Positions 1 through 17,673 of a stretch of 64,000 nt of DNA are shown piece after piece. Origin of the DNA: Tubulanus polymorphus (taxonomy: Eukaryota; Animalia; Nemertea); contig NC_134025.1 in the NCBI RefSeq assembly GCF_964204645.1, positions 27,136,299 to 27,200,298 on the forward strand, read 5' to 3'. Each line of letters opens with the position of its first letter. The first letter of the stretch is position 1. The notes under the pieces are model-generated. The model was not told the origin of the DNA. It was given only the letters and a program-made list of their open reading frames with translations, and made no database searches. Both the position numbers and the translations under genes were made by a program.

Positions 1-1179
1 AGATTTATCTGATGTAATCCAGCTGTTAGCTCGAAAGATTTTTCAGCATTCATTAAAACTTGCTCAATAAGATGAAAATCAGAGTTGTGATTTGAAAGCG
101 TTTCAAATCACATTGAAGATGTGTTGAAAATGTAATTTGATTTGATTTCTAAGAAGTTTTGTCAGCTGCCTGTGGTTATTATTTCAAGGCGCTATTTCTT
201 CAAGGTTATTTCGGTGAAAAACATTCAAAGGCCGATTGGATTTTACCATCCTGTCTTGTGTTGTCACGGCTTAAGGGGGTTTACAAATTGACGATATGTT
301 TCGTCGTAATATTCGTCATTCGGCATATTCATCCGTTGTCTCTAGAAAATATTCAATTCATATCGACAAGGAAAGAATTCTGTTGATATGAGACATGCCT
401 CAGTTATTTGCGATGGCACTTTTTGTCTGGCCTCCATCGCTTGGGCTGTAGAGCGTAATTGATACTCGAGAAGATTTTTACACCCCATACTTAGTACTTT
501 ATTTACAATGTTGTCTTTAGTTAGATTTATAGCTGCAATGAAACAGTCTCGTGAGCTCCTTGTTAATTCAATCTCCAATGGAAAATAAGCCTTAACTAAA
601 CTACTACCCAGGAGGCAAATGATTTCAACAAATTACAGTGGCTTACCGTATGGAGGGTACTTGTACCGAAGCCTTGACGAAATGTAACTTTTTCGAGTGC
701 TCTAGAGAGACTGTGCATTAGATACATGAGACTGTTCAGTAACTGCGATACTGATACCGAAGTCTTGATCATCTACCAGAAAAATAGCTGTTCGGATGAT
801 GCTGCATTGGCTACTGATTGTCCAGGGGGTTAGTCCCAGTTTAGAGTAATCATTCTGTCAGGATGATTACCCTAAATTCCCGGTGGTATGTTTTCTTTAT
901 TCAGTGTGCGTTAAGTATTGTCAGAATGAATGACGGTTATGGACTCCTTCCTCGTTCGAGACTAGGTATAAAAAAAACATTTTTGTGACTTAGTATTTTC
1001 TGAGTGTACGAGGCGTTCGCGGTTGACATTGAAAGCTCTCCATCATTTTTTCCAACGTTTAAGAACAGAATTAAACAAAAACAATAATCATAACGATATC
1101 GCGGTACTTATTCCTTCACAATACCTGATATCAAACCCTCTTTATGTATTTTTGCCGATATATGAAATGATGACATTCG

Positions 1180-1204
1180 TATTATTATTATTATTATTAT
1201 TATT
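1180..1204. repeat. (TTA)n microsatellite
   Basis: About 8 TAT/TTA units. Confidence 0.9.
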
Positions 1205-4148
1205 GGTACGCTTTCATTCTGCGAAGTCCCGCGAGCAATCTTACAAATAACACTCATTACTATCTATTACTGTGGCTATCCGTGTTTTATTTCATCTAAA
1301 ACAGTACCAGCAGACAGCGAACTATCCCCCTGGATATGAAACACATAAATTGCTCCACCACATATCTATGTGCATGATATTCTTAATCTTTATGGATCAC
1401 GAAGTAATTTTGGAGTCTTTGAACGCTGTGGATTATGATTACTGAAATTATATTTTCTTAGAACTATCAATTTTTTATGCTGCGCTGAAGTTTCGTAGAT
1501 GCATGCTTTTAGAATGCATGCACTTCATTCAGATTCTGAGAAATGGCAATATTTTCGGAAACAAATATCGCGCTTGCCGCTAACATTTTCCGTGAAGATT
1601 AATATGTAATATTGATTGGTCATGTACTGATGATAATATACATCTTTTTTCGCACGTAATTGGTAAATATCACCCGATGGGTACACATCTTATCATAAAT
1701 CTTTGATCTCCGCGCATCTTGTTAAAAGGTCCCCAGAGCAAATATGTCGTACAAGAATCAGTGGCAGTTTCTCGAGCAGAATGACAATAGCCTTCAACTG
1801 CATAACATACACAGTAAATACGCGATCATATGATATCGGGCAACTTATTTTATCATAGGAACCTAATTGACATAAGTAACGTCAGATTCAAGTAGTTTTC
1901 AACGAATTGGCTTGAATCATGTTCCGCTAATTTCACCAAAGTTTTCTTGTGAAATTATACGCTGTGTTTCTAGGAAATTAAGGATTTTGGATGACTTTTC
2001 TCCCTGCTTCATTCCTCTCATCAATATATCAGAGGCAGAGGCAGAGATCAAATATTATGGACTCGACATTCAATGAAGCCCATCTCATTATTTCAAAAAT
2101 TGGCTAATTTTTAAAACCTTGGCCAGTATCAGTGGAATCAATGACCTCTTATTTTTTAGTTTTGCCTCACTATAGTTTTTCTTATATATCGTGATGTCTG
2201 AGATGTGCCTTCATTTTGTCTGTGGTGTTTGCTGATATATGAGGGGTGCTGTTAGCCTGCCAAAAAGTCACTATCCGACATTCACTAATTACTTATTTAG
2301 TTGATAGAATTGCTGTGAAAGGCATTAGTAGTTTTTTCAGACGTATAATTGTGGAGTAATTACTGGTGCTGAGGTTCTGATGCCTGAAAGTGTCATGATT
2401 GGTTATTGTAGACACTTAGTACACGTTCTTACCAAGCCTGACTGATCTTGACATGTGCTAGACGTTAAGATTGCTGTGGTACATGTAGAAAATATACCAC
2501 ACAGGCTAGTTGAAGAGCTGGGTAACTTTGTGGTATGGTAGAGAAGAGGTTCATGCTTAAAATAACTAACCAGGACCCTGTGCAACAGTTGCAGTTGTGA
2601 GATCCACAGTAGGTGAGCCATATCTAACCCACAAACATCCGTCAAGTGATTTCCATACATTTGCAGCTATTGACTATCACAAAATTAGAAGATGATGTAT
2701 CAAATTTGACAGATACAACAGTAAGATAAATTGTTTAAGAGCTCGTTGTGGACTGGCGATTTATTGGTCATCGTAACAACTTTTGCCACTTTCTATAACT
2801 GGCGTTGTGCATATTATCCGAGATCAATCATTTTGCAGATGGATGTCTTGTCGAAAAGGTCAAGGTCGTTAAGATATTGGCGACAACTATTCATAGCAGA
2901 AATTCCTATCTATTACCGGCCTAATATAGGATGAGACTAACCCGGTTATTTAATAAGGGATTGGTTCGTTGTTCCTTTAGCGGAATCAAAACGCTATTGA
3001 TGAATTATACATATATATTGCTAAGGCAGGAAGGTTCTCCCACACTCGCGTATCAATATTACCCTTATCCACCGTTGTTCTTTTTCTGGCATTTAATAGT
3101 TTATTTATTTTTCAAACACAGGTAAAATCACTGTCCCCAGTATGAACTGGATATATTGTCTGCAATCATGTTTAATCAGTTTCAATCCGATTTGCTCTTG
3201 GTCCTGTCGCTTGATTGCAGAAATGGTTAATTACATGCAATTACGTGAGGGTCAGAATGATTAGATCTTGCATTTTCTGATCACCACAACATGTGGGTTG
3301 AATGATTTGTTGGACCATGCTTGGGCCGAAGAGGGATAGATATTTAGTGAAATGATGCGTTGTAATTGATGTGACATGACTGTCTGATGGATTAGCACTT
3401 TCTCAGCCGATCAACAGACAATTCCTCAAGTTGCGAAATGTCATCGACCGAGGTTCCAAATTGCTTCTACTGTCTTTTTCAACCATCTTAAATCAGTAAT
3501 GATGCTCTGGACAGAGAACTGAGCTCCAGACTCGTGAAGCTCTACCAGTGCCCCTGGATGCTTCCGAATTTAAATCATTTCGAAGGATGCTTCGAATCTT
3601 CAGTGACAGAAGGTTCCACAATTTCATTCAGTGATTATACATGAAAGATGTAGATCAAAAATAGATTTGCGAAAAATTCAACAACGCATTATAGACAACT
3701 GATTTCAGGAAATCACGAACTTGTCCATGGGGAAATCAAAAGTCTGGAAGTCAAATAAAGCTTGTCACAAAAGTACTAGGTAAGCGAGCTGTGAAGTCAT
3801 TAATTTTCACGCATTTCCCATGACAAGACAAGCGTATGAACTATCGCACACATTTACCACTCACCTAGTCGGGTTGCCATAGGCTACAGATGTCCACGTC
3901 TGAGGATAATTCTATCATTTAGTCAACGAAGATGGTAATTTGTTTGAGCACAGACGCATTAGAGCAATCACAATGTCTGGTATATAAACATTAATAATGC
4001 TTCAAAAGAGGACAGCAGTAATATGCACATATGGTACACTTCTGGTCAGCAAACTTGTGGACGGTAAATTGCTTGTAATCAACATAATTTCTAGATTGGG
4101 TGCCTAAAAAAGAAGCAACGTGTGAATCAAAACTTTTTTACCATGACT

Positions 4149-4214
4149 TAATAATAATGAATAATGAGGCTTATGCAGCGCTAAATCCAGAAAAACTGCT
4201 CAGAGCGCTTTACA
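4149..4214 (-). mobile_element. Possible 5'-truncated LINE/SINE 3' tail (L2/CR1-like)
   Basis: The minus strand reads TGTAAAGCGCTCTGAG...TTAGCGCTGCATAAG-CCTCATTATTCATTATTATTA. This resembles the AGCGCT stem-loop plus (ATT)n tail of L2/CR1-group retroelement 3' ends. Confidence 0.45.
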
Positions 4215-4743
4215 GATGATGAAATGCTTCTTTTAAGACAGGAACATTTCAGATGACATAATTTTCTCGGTCTGATAATTCTCACCTGTTCGAATATAAA
4301 AGATAATCTAATGATAAGCCGTTTGATGGTATTTATTGCGTTTTGTTGTTTGGAATTAACTTACATCGCGGCATGCAATCAACAGGTTTCAGCATTTATT
4401 TTACTGTAAATGTGCGTGCTGTATCACGTTGTGTTGAGACAGTGGTCGCCGGCAGTCGCTTTGATTGCTTTAACCATTAACGAGAAATAACCTTAGTTAC
4501 ACGTTTCGTAGTTCAGTCTTATTGTTGACGAAGGGAACTTTGTTAATGGTATTTTCTGTGAATCTACTCAATTTGTCCCTAATATCGAAATGTACATTAC
4601 TAGTTCTGAATGCGAAACTCTCAAGATCTCGGTTAAAGAGAGCGTGGTCAAGAATTCATTAACGAATAACGCAGGTTTTCTATCGGCTTTGAAGTTTCGT
4701 TCGATCAATTTCCTAATGTCACGAATGGTCTTCGTAAATATAA

Positions 4744-5156
4744 GCTGCGTTCACACTAGGATTTCAGTACGGTACTGAGCGTTCACACTAGGAAATTATT
4801 CGAGGCCTATTCGCGGCTTATTCAGTTCCGTACTGAAATACGTGGCTTATTAAGCACGGAATGCGATTCCGCGCCAAAAACCCGATCTCAGTACAGCACT
4901 GAGCTGGCCGCGTATTTTATGTAGTGTGAACGCAGATTCGGCGCTTAGCTAGCCGCGTATTAAGATCCTTGTAGTACAAAACACTAAACACTAATTACAC
5001 TCCCCTCTATTGGCACACTGGGTGACTGCTTTACTAAGTGCTGAATTGCCGACTCGTAGTGTGAACGTAACTGGCTGTGTAAGCGCCGTATTTTGGTGAA
5101 TTCGGTACCAGCGAAGTACGGTACTTCGTAAGCGCCGAATCTAGTGTGAACACGGC
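4744..5156. mobile_element. PIF/Harbinger-like MITE in a MED14 intron
   Basis: Terminal inverted repeats GCTGCGTTCACACTAG (4744) and CTAGTGTGAACACGGC (ending 5156). The GTTCACACTA core recurs internally: forward at ~4781, reverse at ~4922 and ~5056. Flanks TAA and TAT resemble a TWA target-site duplication. Confidence 0.75.
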
Positions 5157-5476
5157 TATTCACGCGGTACAGCAAAGATTTCACCAGTTTATGACAACAA
5201 AAATCCCTCATCATTTTGCCACTGAAATGGCCACATTTTTGTTGCAGATTATCATCCGTTGTCAAATTGGGTCTTAGGGCGTTGTTGGCGGCAGGTGAAG
5301 ATTATCGCGTCGCAACAAGCCCGACTAATGCCTGGCTTGATACCCAATTTTAACTGATGCTCAAAGCTACATAACAGACATAAACTGTATTCTTTGTTTT
5401 TTTATCTATTTTCAGTTCATAGATCCAATCCCGCACTGTGAGATTTTCGCTTATAGATGTTTCATGCTTTTTTCAG

Positions 5477-7718
5477 ATTGCAAAACCAACCTACACAGTC
5501 TGATTGAGGTGAAAACCTACTCGTTCAAAAGACTTGTAATCGCATACGGACCAGGAAAAAACCATAATGTGAGATCACTTTCATATCTATATATAATCTT
5601 TATATCCAATTCTAGTTTTTATTATCCATGATGAATGAACGATTTTTTACTTATCTTAGAAGTAGAGTTTTTAAGCACATTGAAACGTTTTATTTCATCC
5701 ATTATCTATGAATGTAGGATACGTTTTTTTTCAGAATCAGCTTTCTAAATTAACTCTCAATTTAGTTCGACTTGTATTTTGGTCTGTAATTGTCATTGCT
5801 GGTTGCGTTTTTGTTGACGAGTGTAATACACTAACTCCTCAGTCTTTCTCGAAAAAAAAGTCAGCCTAATGGAGTGCAAATTAATTCCTGCCTATTTGTC
5901 AGTAGTTGTTAATTTCTGGAGTCAGATTTAATTAACGCCGTCGGGAAAAGAACGAAGAGACTTTTACGGCGATTGCTTTAATCGTGTCCTCTCTCGACAT
6001 CGAGAAATCGATATTCTAACGCAGATTTCGAACCGCCGCCCAAACGTTTGTTACTAAGCAATTAGTAAAATTTTCTCTTCGCCAAACCAAATCATGATCT
6101 TATCTTCTAATACCCCTTGATTTCGCGTGAAGAGATTAAATTGTATTGGATTCAAATTTTTTTCTGATCGATTTGAATCGTCATTCGCTTTCATCGACTG
6201 CGGTTTTATTTTGTTATTCGCAAATTCTACAAAATGTTTTCGTACTATGACCTTAAATCAAGCATACTCTAGCTACCTATAACTAGGTATACTTGATTTC
6301 ACAATTTTGGTTAAGAAATTCAGGCAATAATCAATTTCTCAATTTGTCGCGCTCTACTGCTTTTATATCGATGCCTGCTGGCAATGGCGAAACAATCTTT
6401 TTATTCCATGTTTTCGTGTGGACAGGAATCTGCGTCACGCCGTTCATTAATATAGCCATGAAACGACAATATCCGCACCACATGCGACAAAAATAATCGC
6501 GTATATTACCAGAAATAGTCGACGCGAATTTCTTTTTCCCTTCGTGTAATAAATAGATGCTTCTGGTTACTGAAAATTGCAATTACGATGCCATATATAC
6601 GCACCTTATAAAGCATCACTTGTATTTATGTGCGCGCAATTATCGTTTTAGTCGTAACATATCCTATGTTTTATGAAGTAATTGCTGACGATATTCACGA
6701 CGATTAATTTTCTAATTAGTGCCAAAAATGCTGAAAAACATCACTCTCTACAATCAATTAGATTAGTGAGCTCGGCTCGGTGCTAATTGATATGCCACTA
6801 ACTTTGTATCGAATTACACATATATAATAAACCACTGTCAGTATTTTTTGTAGTATTTACATTATCGTTTTTTTGTTTGCGGTTCAATATGTCAATGCTT
6901 TTTTTCTTGAGTTCAGGTATCGATTCAGTGGAAGTCTCCGCCTAATGAAGGATTTTCGCTATCATTCGGTACCCACGGCCCGACGTCGACGAGCTGTAAT
7001 CCGCACGCCCTCGTCGCGGCTCAGCTACAGAAAGAATTCAACATACACAAGTCTGTGACGCAGCTCGTTCAGGTATTGAACGATACTGTCCTCCCATTGA
7101 CCGCTATCTCGCGTCTCAACACGACTCCAATACTAGGACTACAAAGCGTAAGTACAGCCGGTGACTGGACATTAATCATCGAGTACTTATCAGTGCACTA
7201 TCAAACATTTATCATCCACTCTTATATATTCACGACAAAAATTCCATGCTGGACAAATGCAGCATTTCTAAACGTCACTGGCGAATGAAATGATACAGTG
7301 CACAAAAAATCCCACAATAATAGAACGACACAAAGTTTATTAGAATATAGAAATATTTCGGGTGGTTCCTACCACCCATCTGCAGTCTAAAAACTGATTG
7401 AAGTATCTGACAAAATACTTCTAGTATTCTAAGTAAACTTTTTTGTCTTTCAACAATTGTGAGATTTTACATTTATTGTGCCATCATGGATATGGTGATC
7501 TACTGATTTACTGATTTATGATACAATGCACAGTTTTTCTCTACAGTTAGGTGGCAACAATTATGGACTTAATCTTTGATAACCGTAATAATGTTTATTA
7601 ATAATAATGAATAATGGACATACTCTGGCATATAAGCAAAGACTATAAGTGGGTTAAGAACTGATAATTATTGAGAAGGCTTATGAAGCCTGCAACACTG
7701 ATACATCTTCAACAACGC

Positions 7719-7756
<38 letters not shown>

Positions 7757-10700
7757 ACTGCTGTCCTACCGCTGCCATTACTGCTGCCCTACCGCTGCCA
7801 CTACCACTACCACAAGTACTCTACCCTTGTTGTTGTCTACTATTCAATTTATTTCTAGTGGTCTTGGCTTATATGCCAGTATGCAGTGTTGCTAATGTTT
7901 ATATCCCTTACCTGATATGGCTAAACTGAAGTCAGCGAAAACGATAGTGATTATTGTAAATAAACTTTATTAATCAAATATGAATTTTCTAATCATTGCC
8001 CTCTTACTGTGGTCCTAGGAATCGTTTGACTCTTTACTGAAAGTTTTCTCATGTATACTAGATATTTCATATATATTTTCAGAGAATGAATCAACCAGTG
8101 CCTAGTTTTATGGTAATTCCGCAGTCACCGGTTCACTACCGTATCGCATTTAGAAATGTGTATCCTTTACCAGCTACATATACCACCATCAGTCTGAAAT
8201 GATTAGTCTCTGTCTTACCGTTGGCTCTGGGACATGTTACATCTTTGATTTCCTTTTGTAGTGGAAACCTGTGAAACAGTGTGATCCTAGCCTTTCAATT
8301 GTGTAGATGTCTTGACATTTCAAAGGCTTTTGTAAATGTGAGGATAAATATGGAGTAAATTCGTGTACCCCCGGCAGACCCCAGCAGAACTGTAGCTCTC
8401 TGACACATTATATCCTGTTATTACGGTTTTCAGAAGTCGAAGTTAAGCAAAGGTTATGATTGCTGCTTTCATTTCCTGACTCGGCGTTTGAGGCCAGAAA
8501 TTACGAGTCCTTGATCATAAATATTTATGAAGTACTGGTATATGCGTTAGTAATTGTCTAAAACGTTTTTCCTTGAGTAGTGTGAATTTAGATACTGCAT
8601 TGATGTTCACTGTCGAGATTGTAAGCTATTAGCAATAAGAGATGGTGCATATAGTTTGTTCGATACTAGTAAGGCCGTTGATGGATTCAATCCTATTCCG
8701 GGCTTGAAGGTATGGTTTAATTATTTCTGTCAAATCTGTCAGATTTTCTTCTTACAACGGAACCTAACGACGTGTTCTATTATTGTAATCTATTTCGCAG
8801 GCATTCTTGAATATATATGTAGATGAAACGGTGACAGCCGCATTATCAAGACGTCGTTCAGTCACTGAAGATGACAACCCACCGTCGCCAGTCGGTATGG
8901 ATATGGACTCGTTCATGGTACAGCCGCAGTCACATACCGGTTCCCCTCGTCAGAAACAGGATGGGCTACGATTCCATAGTCCGATGACTCCTCCGTCAAA
9001 TCCGCACACCCCTGCATCTCCTACTGCAAACCAGAGAATGCAGGTATTCTATGCAAAACCGATACAACAATTTTTTTTTCTTGAAAAGCAGACCCAGATT
9101 TATTATCATCTTTTAATCTTTATGCTCATACTTATGCTTATAACTAAGACGTACGACCTATTGAGTATATATCCCTTTAGCGATCGTATTGATTTTGTGA
9201 CATCAATATACGATTCCAATCTGTATATTTCAACCAGAAGTCATATTTTCTGTTTATTGCTCATTTGCTGGCAGATCTAATGTCCTTCAGCAGCTAATGG
9301 CTGTTTCCTGAAATGTTTCATCGATGAATCAATCGATGTGTTTAATCAACTACCGGCGCACGTTACTAGTCTCAACTGTCAAATCGCGTGAATCGCCATG
9401 AAATATCACCTCACATCGACTTACTTCTTGCTAAATTTTCTATTAATAACAAAAGTGTTTGTCCATTTCTTGCAAACATAGCAGCAATGTAAATGCGGAA
9501 GATTTGTCACAAGAAGAGGGAGTTTTAATTCAGAAAATCAATGACATGCGCTTTCAATATTTATTTCTTGCTTATTCAATTTCAGATGAGTTATTCGCCA
9601 GCTGCTGCATTTCCACTGGCATCTCCACCATCGTTACACGCTCCAACTCCTTCTCCGATGATGGGTACTCCATCACCGGGGAATATCCTCACATCCGGAT
9701 CTCCGGGTACTGCCAATCTGCATGTGCCATCACCGAGCTCATTTGTACCCACTCCCTCGCCGCAGATGGTTCCCAGTCATATGATGCCATCACCTGCAAA
9801 TCCATTCTTGAATCCACAGTCACATGGTATGTATTATAAGATATTTAGGTTAAGAACTAAATATTCATGAGAAAATATTTTGATCTTTGGTGATGGTGTG
9901 TTTTCAGGTTCTGTTGGCTTACCAGAAGTTGGTTCTCCGTACCCAAATCCGAGCTCTCAGAATATAAGTATGCCTAGTCCAGGAGGAAGATGGCCAGCCT
10001 CTCCATCTATGCCTGGTCCATCTCCAGTTTCCAGACACAGTAACGTCATGTCGCCTGGAAATCCTGCATTGCATAGTCCACAAAATCAAAATAAACTACC
10101 AGGTAGGCCTATTACAAAAACCAGTCTATTCTTAATAACCTGAAAATGATAGATATTTCAACAACTGTAAGACATATCACAGAGTAACTGTATGCCTCTT
10201 TATTTCTCATCAGTGAGTTCTCATCCATCAAGAACGTTACCGCAGAGATCGTGGGCGGCATCTATACCTACAGTTCTGTCTCATGAAGCATTGAATAAGC
10301 TTCTCATGCCCGCTCCTACACCTCAGGGACAACAGGGAACTGGTTTCCTGAACTATTGTCCACTGGAGAAGTTCCTCGGATGTGTGTTCATGAGACGACA
10401 CCTTCAGAGACTAGTTCAGGCCGAAGAAGGGGTAAGCTTCTCCTAAACCTCATGATTATTTTTGCCACCCTATTATCTTTTACTTTTGAAATCTTTCATA
10501 TTTCATTTTTAGTTACATCCGCTACCATGCACTGAGCCTGGTGTTATACTTTTCAAAGGAGAAAGTCTCCAATTCCGTGCTAATCTCAACATGAACACAT
10601 TCCAAATGTTACACCTAAAATCAAGTCCATTACCCGGTAAGCATAAGGTCAATCTGTAATGGGTAAGAATTTGATTCAGTAGAATTTATAATTGTTAATG

Positions 10701-11771
10701 CCGTTTTCCAGAATTTAAAGAGAAATGGACGAGTGAAGAGCTACAAATCATTGAGAAGTTTTTCGAAATAAGAGTAAGTGTAAGCCACAGACTTAATTCA
10801 TAACTCACAGACATGTATCTTGTATAAATGAATGTGTATATATTTCAGGTTGCCGGTCCTCCATACAAACCGAATTCATTAACAGCATTTGGACGATTAC
10901 TCGGTGCACCCTTCAGGATATTGAAAGATTGTGTCCAGTTACTGAGACTTGAATTGGTAAGCAATCTGCCACTTGTTCACTTGTTGCTACAAAATGATTG
11001 ACAATTTAATGACAATCTGCTCCTCAATTATAGGTGTCTGATCACAGTTTGAAATGGTCTCTTCAGTGGTGTTTAACAATCTCACCGGCAACTCCGATTA
11101 CAGCCATGGCCGGTACTTCAGCAATAATTATCAAATCAAACAAAATACTTATAATGGTATGTAGAATAAACATGTTTCATTGGAAGAAATTTCTAGGGCC
11201 AGAATATTTTAGTTCATCTTCCAATTTAAATCTCTCACTAATTTTATATGTCAGACAAGAATTTTATCCCAAAAAGTCTAAAAGAAAAGAAATTATGTTT
11301 GCTAGGGTTACCTGGTTTTCCCCCTGGAAGGTAATCTTCGGAAGCTAAGCATCCTTCAGTCAAAGTTAGTCCAATTTGGAGTCAAACATATTCAGTAAAT
11401 TTCCTTAATAAATCCAACTTATTCTAATTTTCCAAGATAAAGGCAAGTTTTACGGTTCTTGTATATTAAAGGATGAAAATGTTTTAACAGGCGCATTTTA
11501 TTCATTTCAGTTACAATTAACGCGAATGGGAGGTCCTCCAGTGACGCAATCAGGAGATGCTCAGACTGTTATAGTTCCCTTACTCTACGATACAAACACA
11601 AATATTACTTCACTGGCTGAACAGAGAAACCCACAAGCACCGGCACCACCTGCCAATATTGCTATTAGCAATATGCTGAAAAGATTTGCTGAATTCAATC
11701 CAAAAATGAACGAATGCTCTTTGTATCCGGCAGTCAGAGAATTGCTAGCTAATCTGGTTATACCGATGTAA
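5477..11771 (+). CDS. MED14: Mediator of RNA polymerase II transcription subunit 14, 3' portion (upstream exons lie outside the window)
   Basis: Exons joined in frame with GT-AG ends: 5477-5568, 6917-7147, 8083-8159, 8592-8709, 8801-9043, 9586-9826, 9908-10102, 10214-10431, 10513-10636, 10712-10773, 10849-10956, 11034-11156, 11511-11771 (TAA). Peptides match MED14 as I recall it: [100 protein letters not shown]. Confidence 0.95.
7719..7812. repeat. (CTG)n microsatellite with degenerate CTA/CCA extension
   Basis: Pure CTG run at ~7722-7754, then a mixed CTA/CCG/CCA triplet run. It explains the spurious poly-Leu ORF 7671-7895. Confidence 0.9.
8160..8591 (+). other. Probable U12-type (minor spliceosome) GT-AG intron in MED14
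   Basis: The 5' splice site GTATCCTTT at 8160 matches the U12 consensus RTATCCTTT. A branch-like TTCCTTGAG sits at ~8569-8577, ~14 nt before the AG at 8590-8591, with no polypyrimidine tract. These ends give the in-frame join AAT GT|A TAC TGC. Confidence 0.85.
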
Positions 11772-12177
11772 CTGTGTAGCTTTTGAAATGAAATTATGTG
11801 AAATTGAATGAATATCTATGTTTTCTTTGTGAATAATGTGAACAAAAGTTTGATGTAAATCAGTAGATTTCTAAGTAGTAATTCCTATTACTAAGTGTAA
11901 CTTAGTTTCCTTTCTTTCATTGATTATTGTGACCAGCATTTTCCAGAGGGATCATTCAGGATCTGCCCATCTTTTAAATTAACGTGTAGACTGGTTCAAG
12001 TATTAATCTATGACAACCATTTTTTTCAAAATTTCATTGATAACAATAGTTTTGATACCAACTGCTATTTTACATATTTGACCATAAATGTATTAATTAC
12101 TCAATCATAATTGAATTTAAGGATGAAAAGCAGGCATAATTGATGTATGTGACATTTTCTGAATTGCAGATTTTATG

Positions 12178-12183
12178 AATAAA
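12178..12183 (+). terminator. Candidate poly(A) signal of MED14
   Basis: AATAAA ~400 nt after the MED14 stop and before the MAN1A promoter region. Confidence 0.5.
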
Positions 12184-12796
12184 CAATGGATTTAACATTT
12201 TGCAATCCTTGCCTGCTACTAGGAATTTTGGATCAATCATTAAATTTAGTCTATATTCTTGATTTATTGAATGCTACTTGATGAATTTACTCATCATCAT
12301 TGCAAATGTGTTGCCGTGGGAGGCATTCAACCCCTGTTAAGGGCAAGACTGTTCAAAATGCATAAATAAAGTTAGATCAATCAAAATTATTTATGTTGGA
12401 ATATTTTCTTTGGTCAGGGTGAAGCTTGGAATTTAAAAACAGTGATTGTTTATTTTGACTGTGTATGCCGGTAGCCTAGAAATTATCAGAACTATTTTAA
12501 ATTTCGCGGGCAACCGCTCGATTTGGTGCTAGCACCATACGGTACCCTTGTGGGATTTCTGTGAACTAAGCCAAGGAGCCTTATACTGACTGAGCCATTT
12601 CATTCGAAAAAGTCAAACGCGCCGTTGTCCCTAATAATCCGAATCCGGGTTTTAGCCGATTGTCCAAATCCATAATTTACCCGTGACGGACAGACACGAC
12701 GATACCGCGCGCTCAAGGACGTTGAGAGCTACAGTGCTGTTCTCTACCGGAGATTTACAGGGTTACTAAAATTACCCCAGCTTTTACATCGTTAAA

Positions 12797-17673
<4,877 letters not shown>

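Noticed and set aside
342-775. Nested two-exon minus-strand gene, or a plus-strand transposase relic (VICDG..., DTEVLII)
   Set aside because: The open frames are short with no recognisable domain and the second acceptor is poor, so both readings are compatible with chance.
7671-7895. Poly-Leu ORF resembling a signal peptide (also ORF 1023-1250)
   Set aside because: These are translations of CTG and TTA microsatellites inside MED14 introns.
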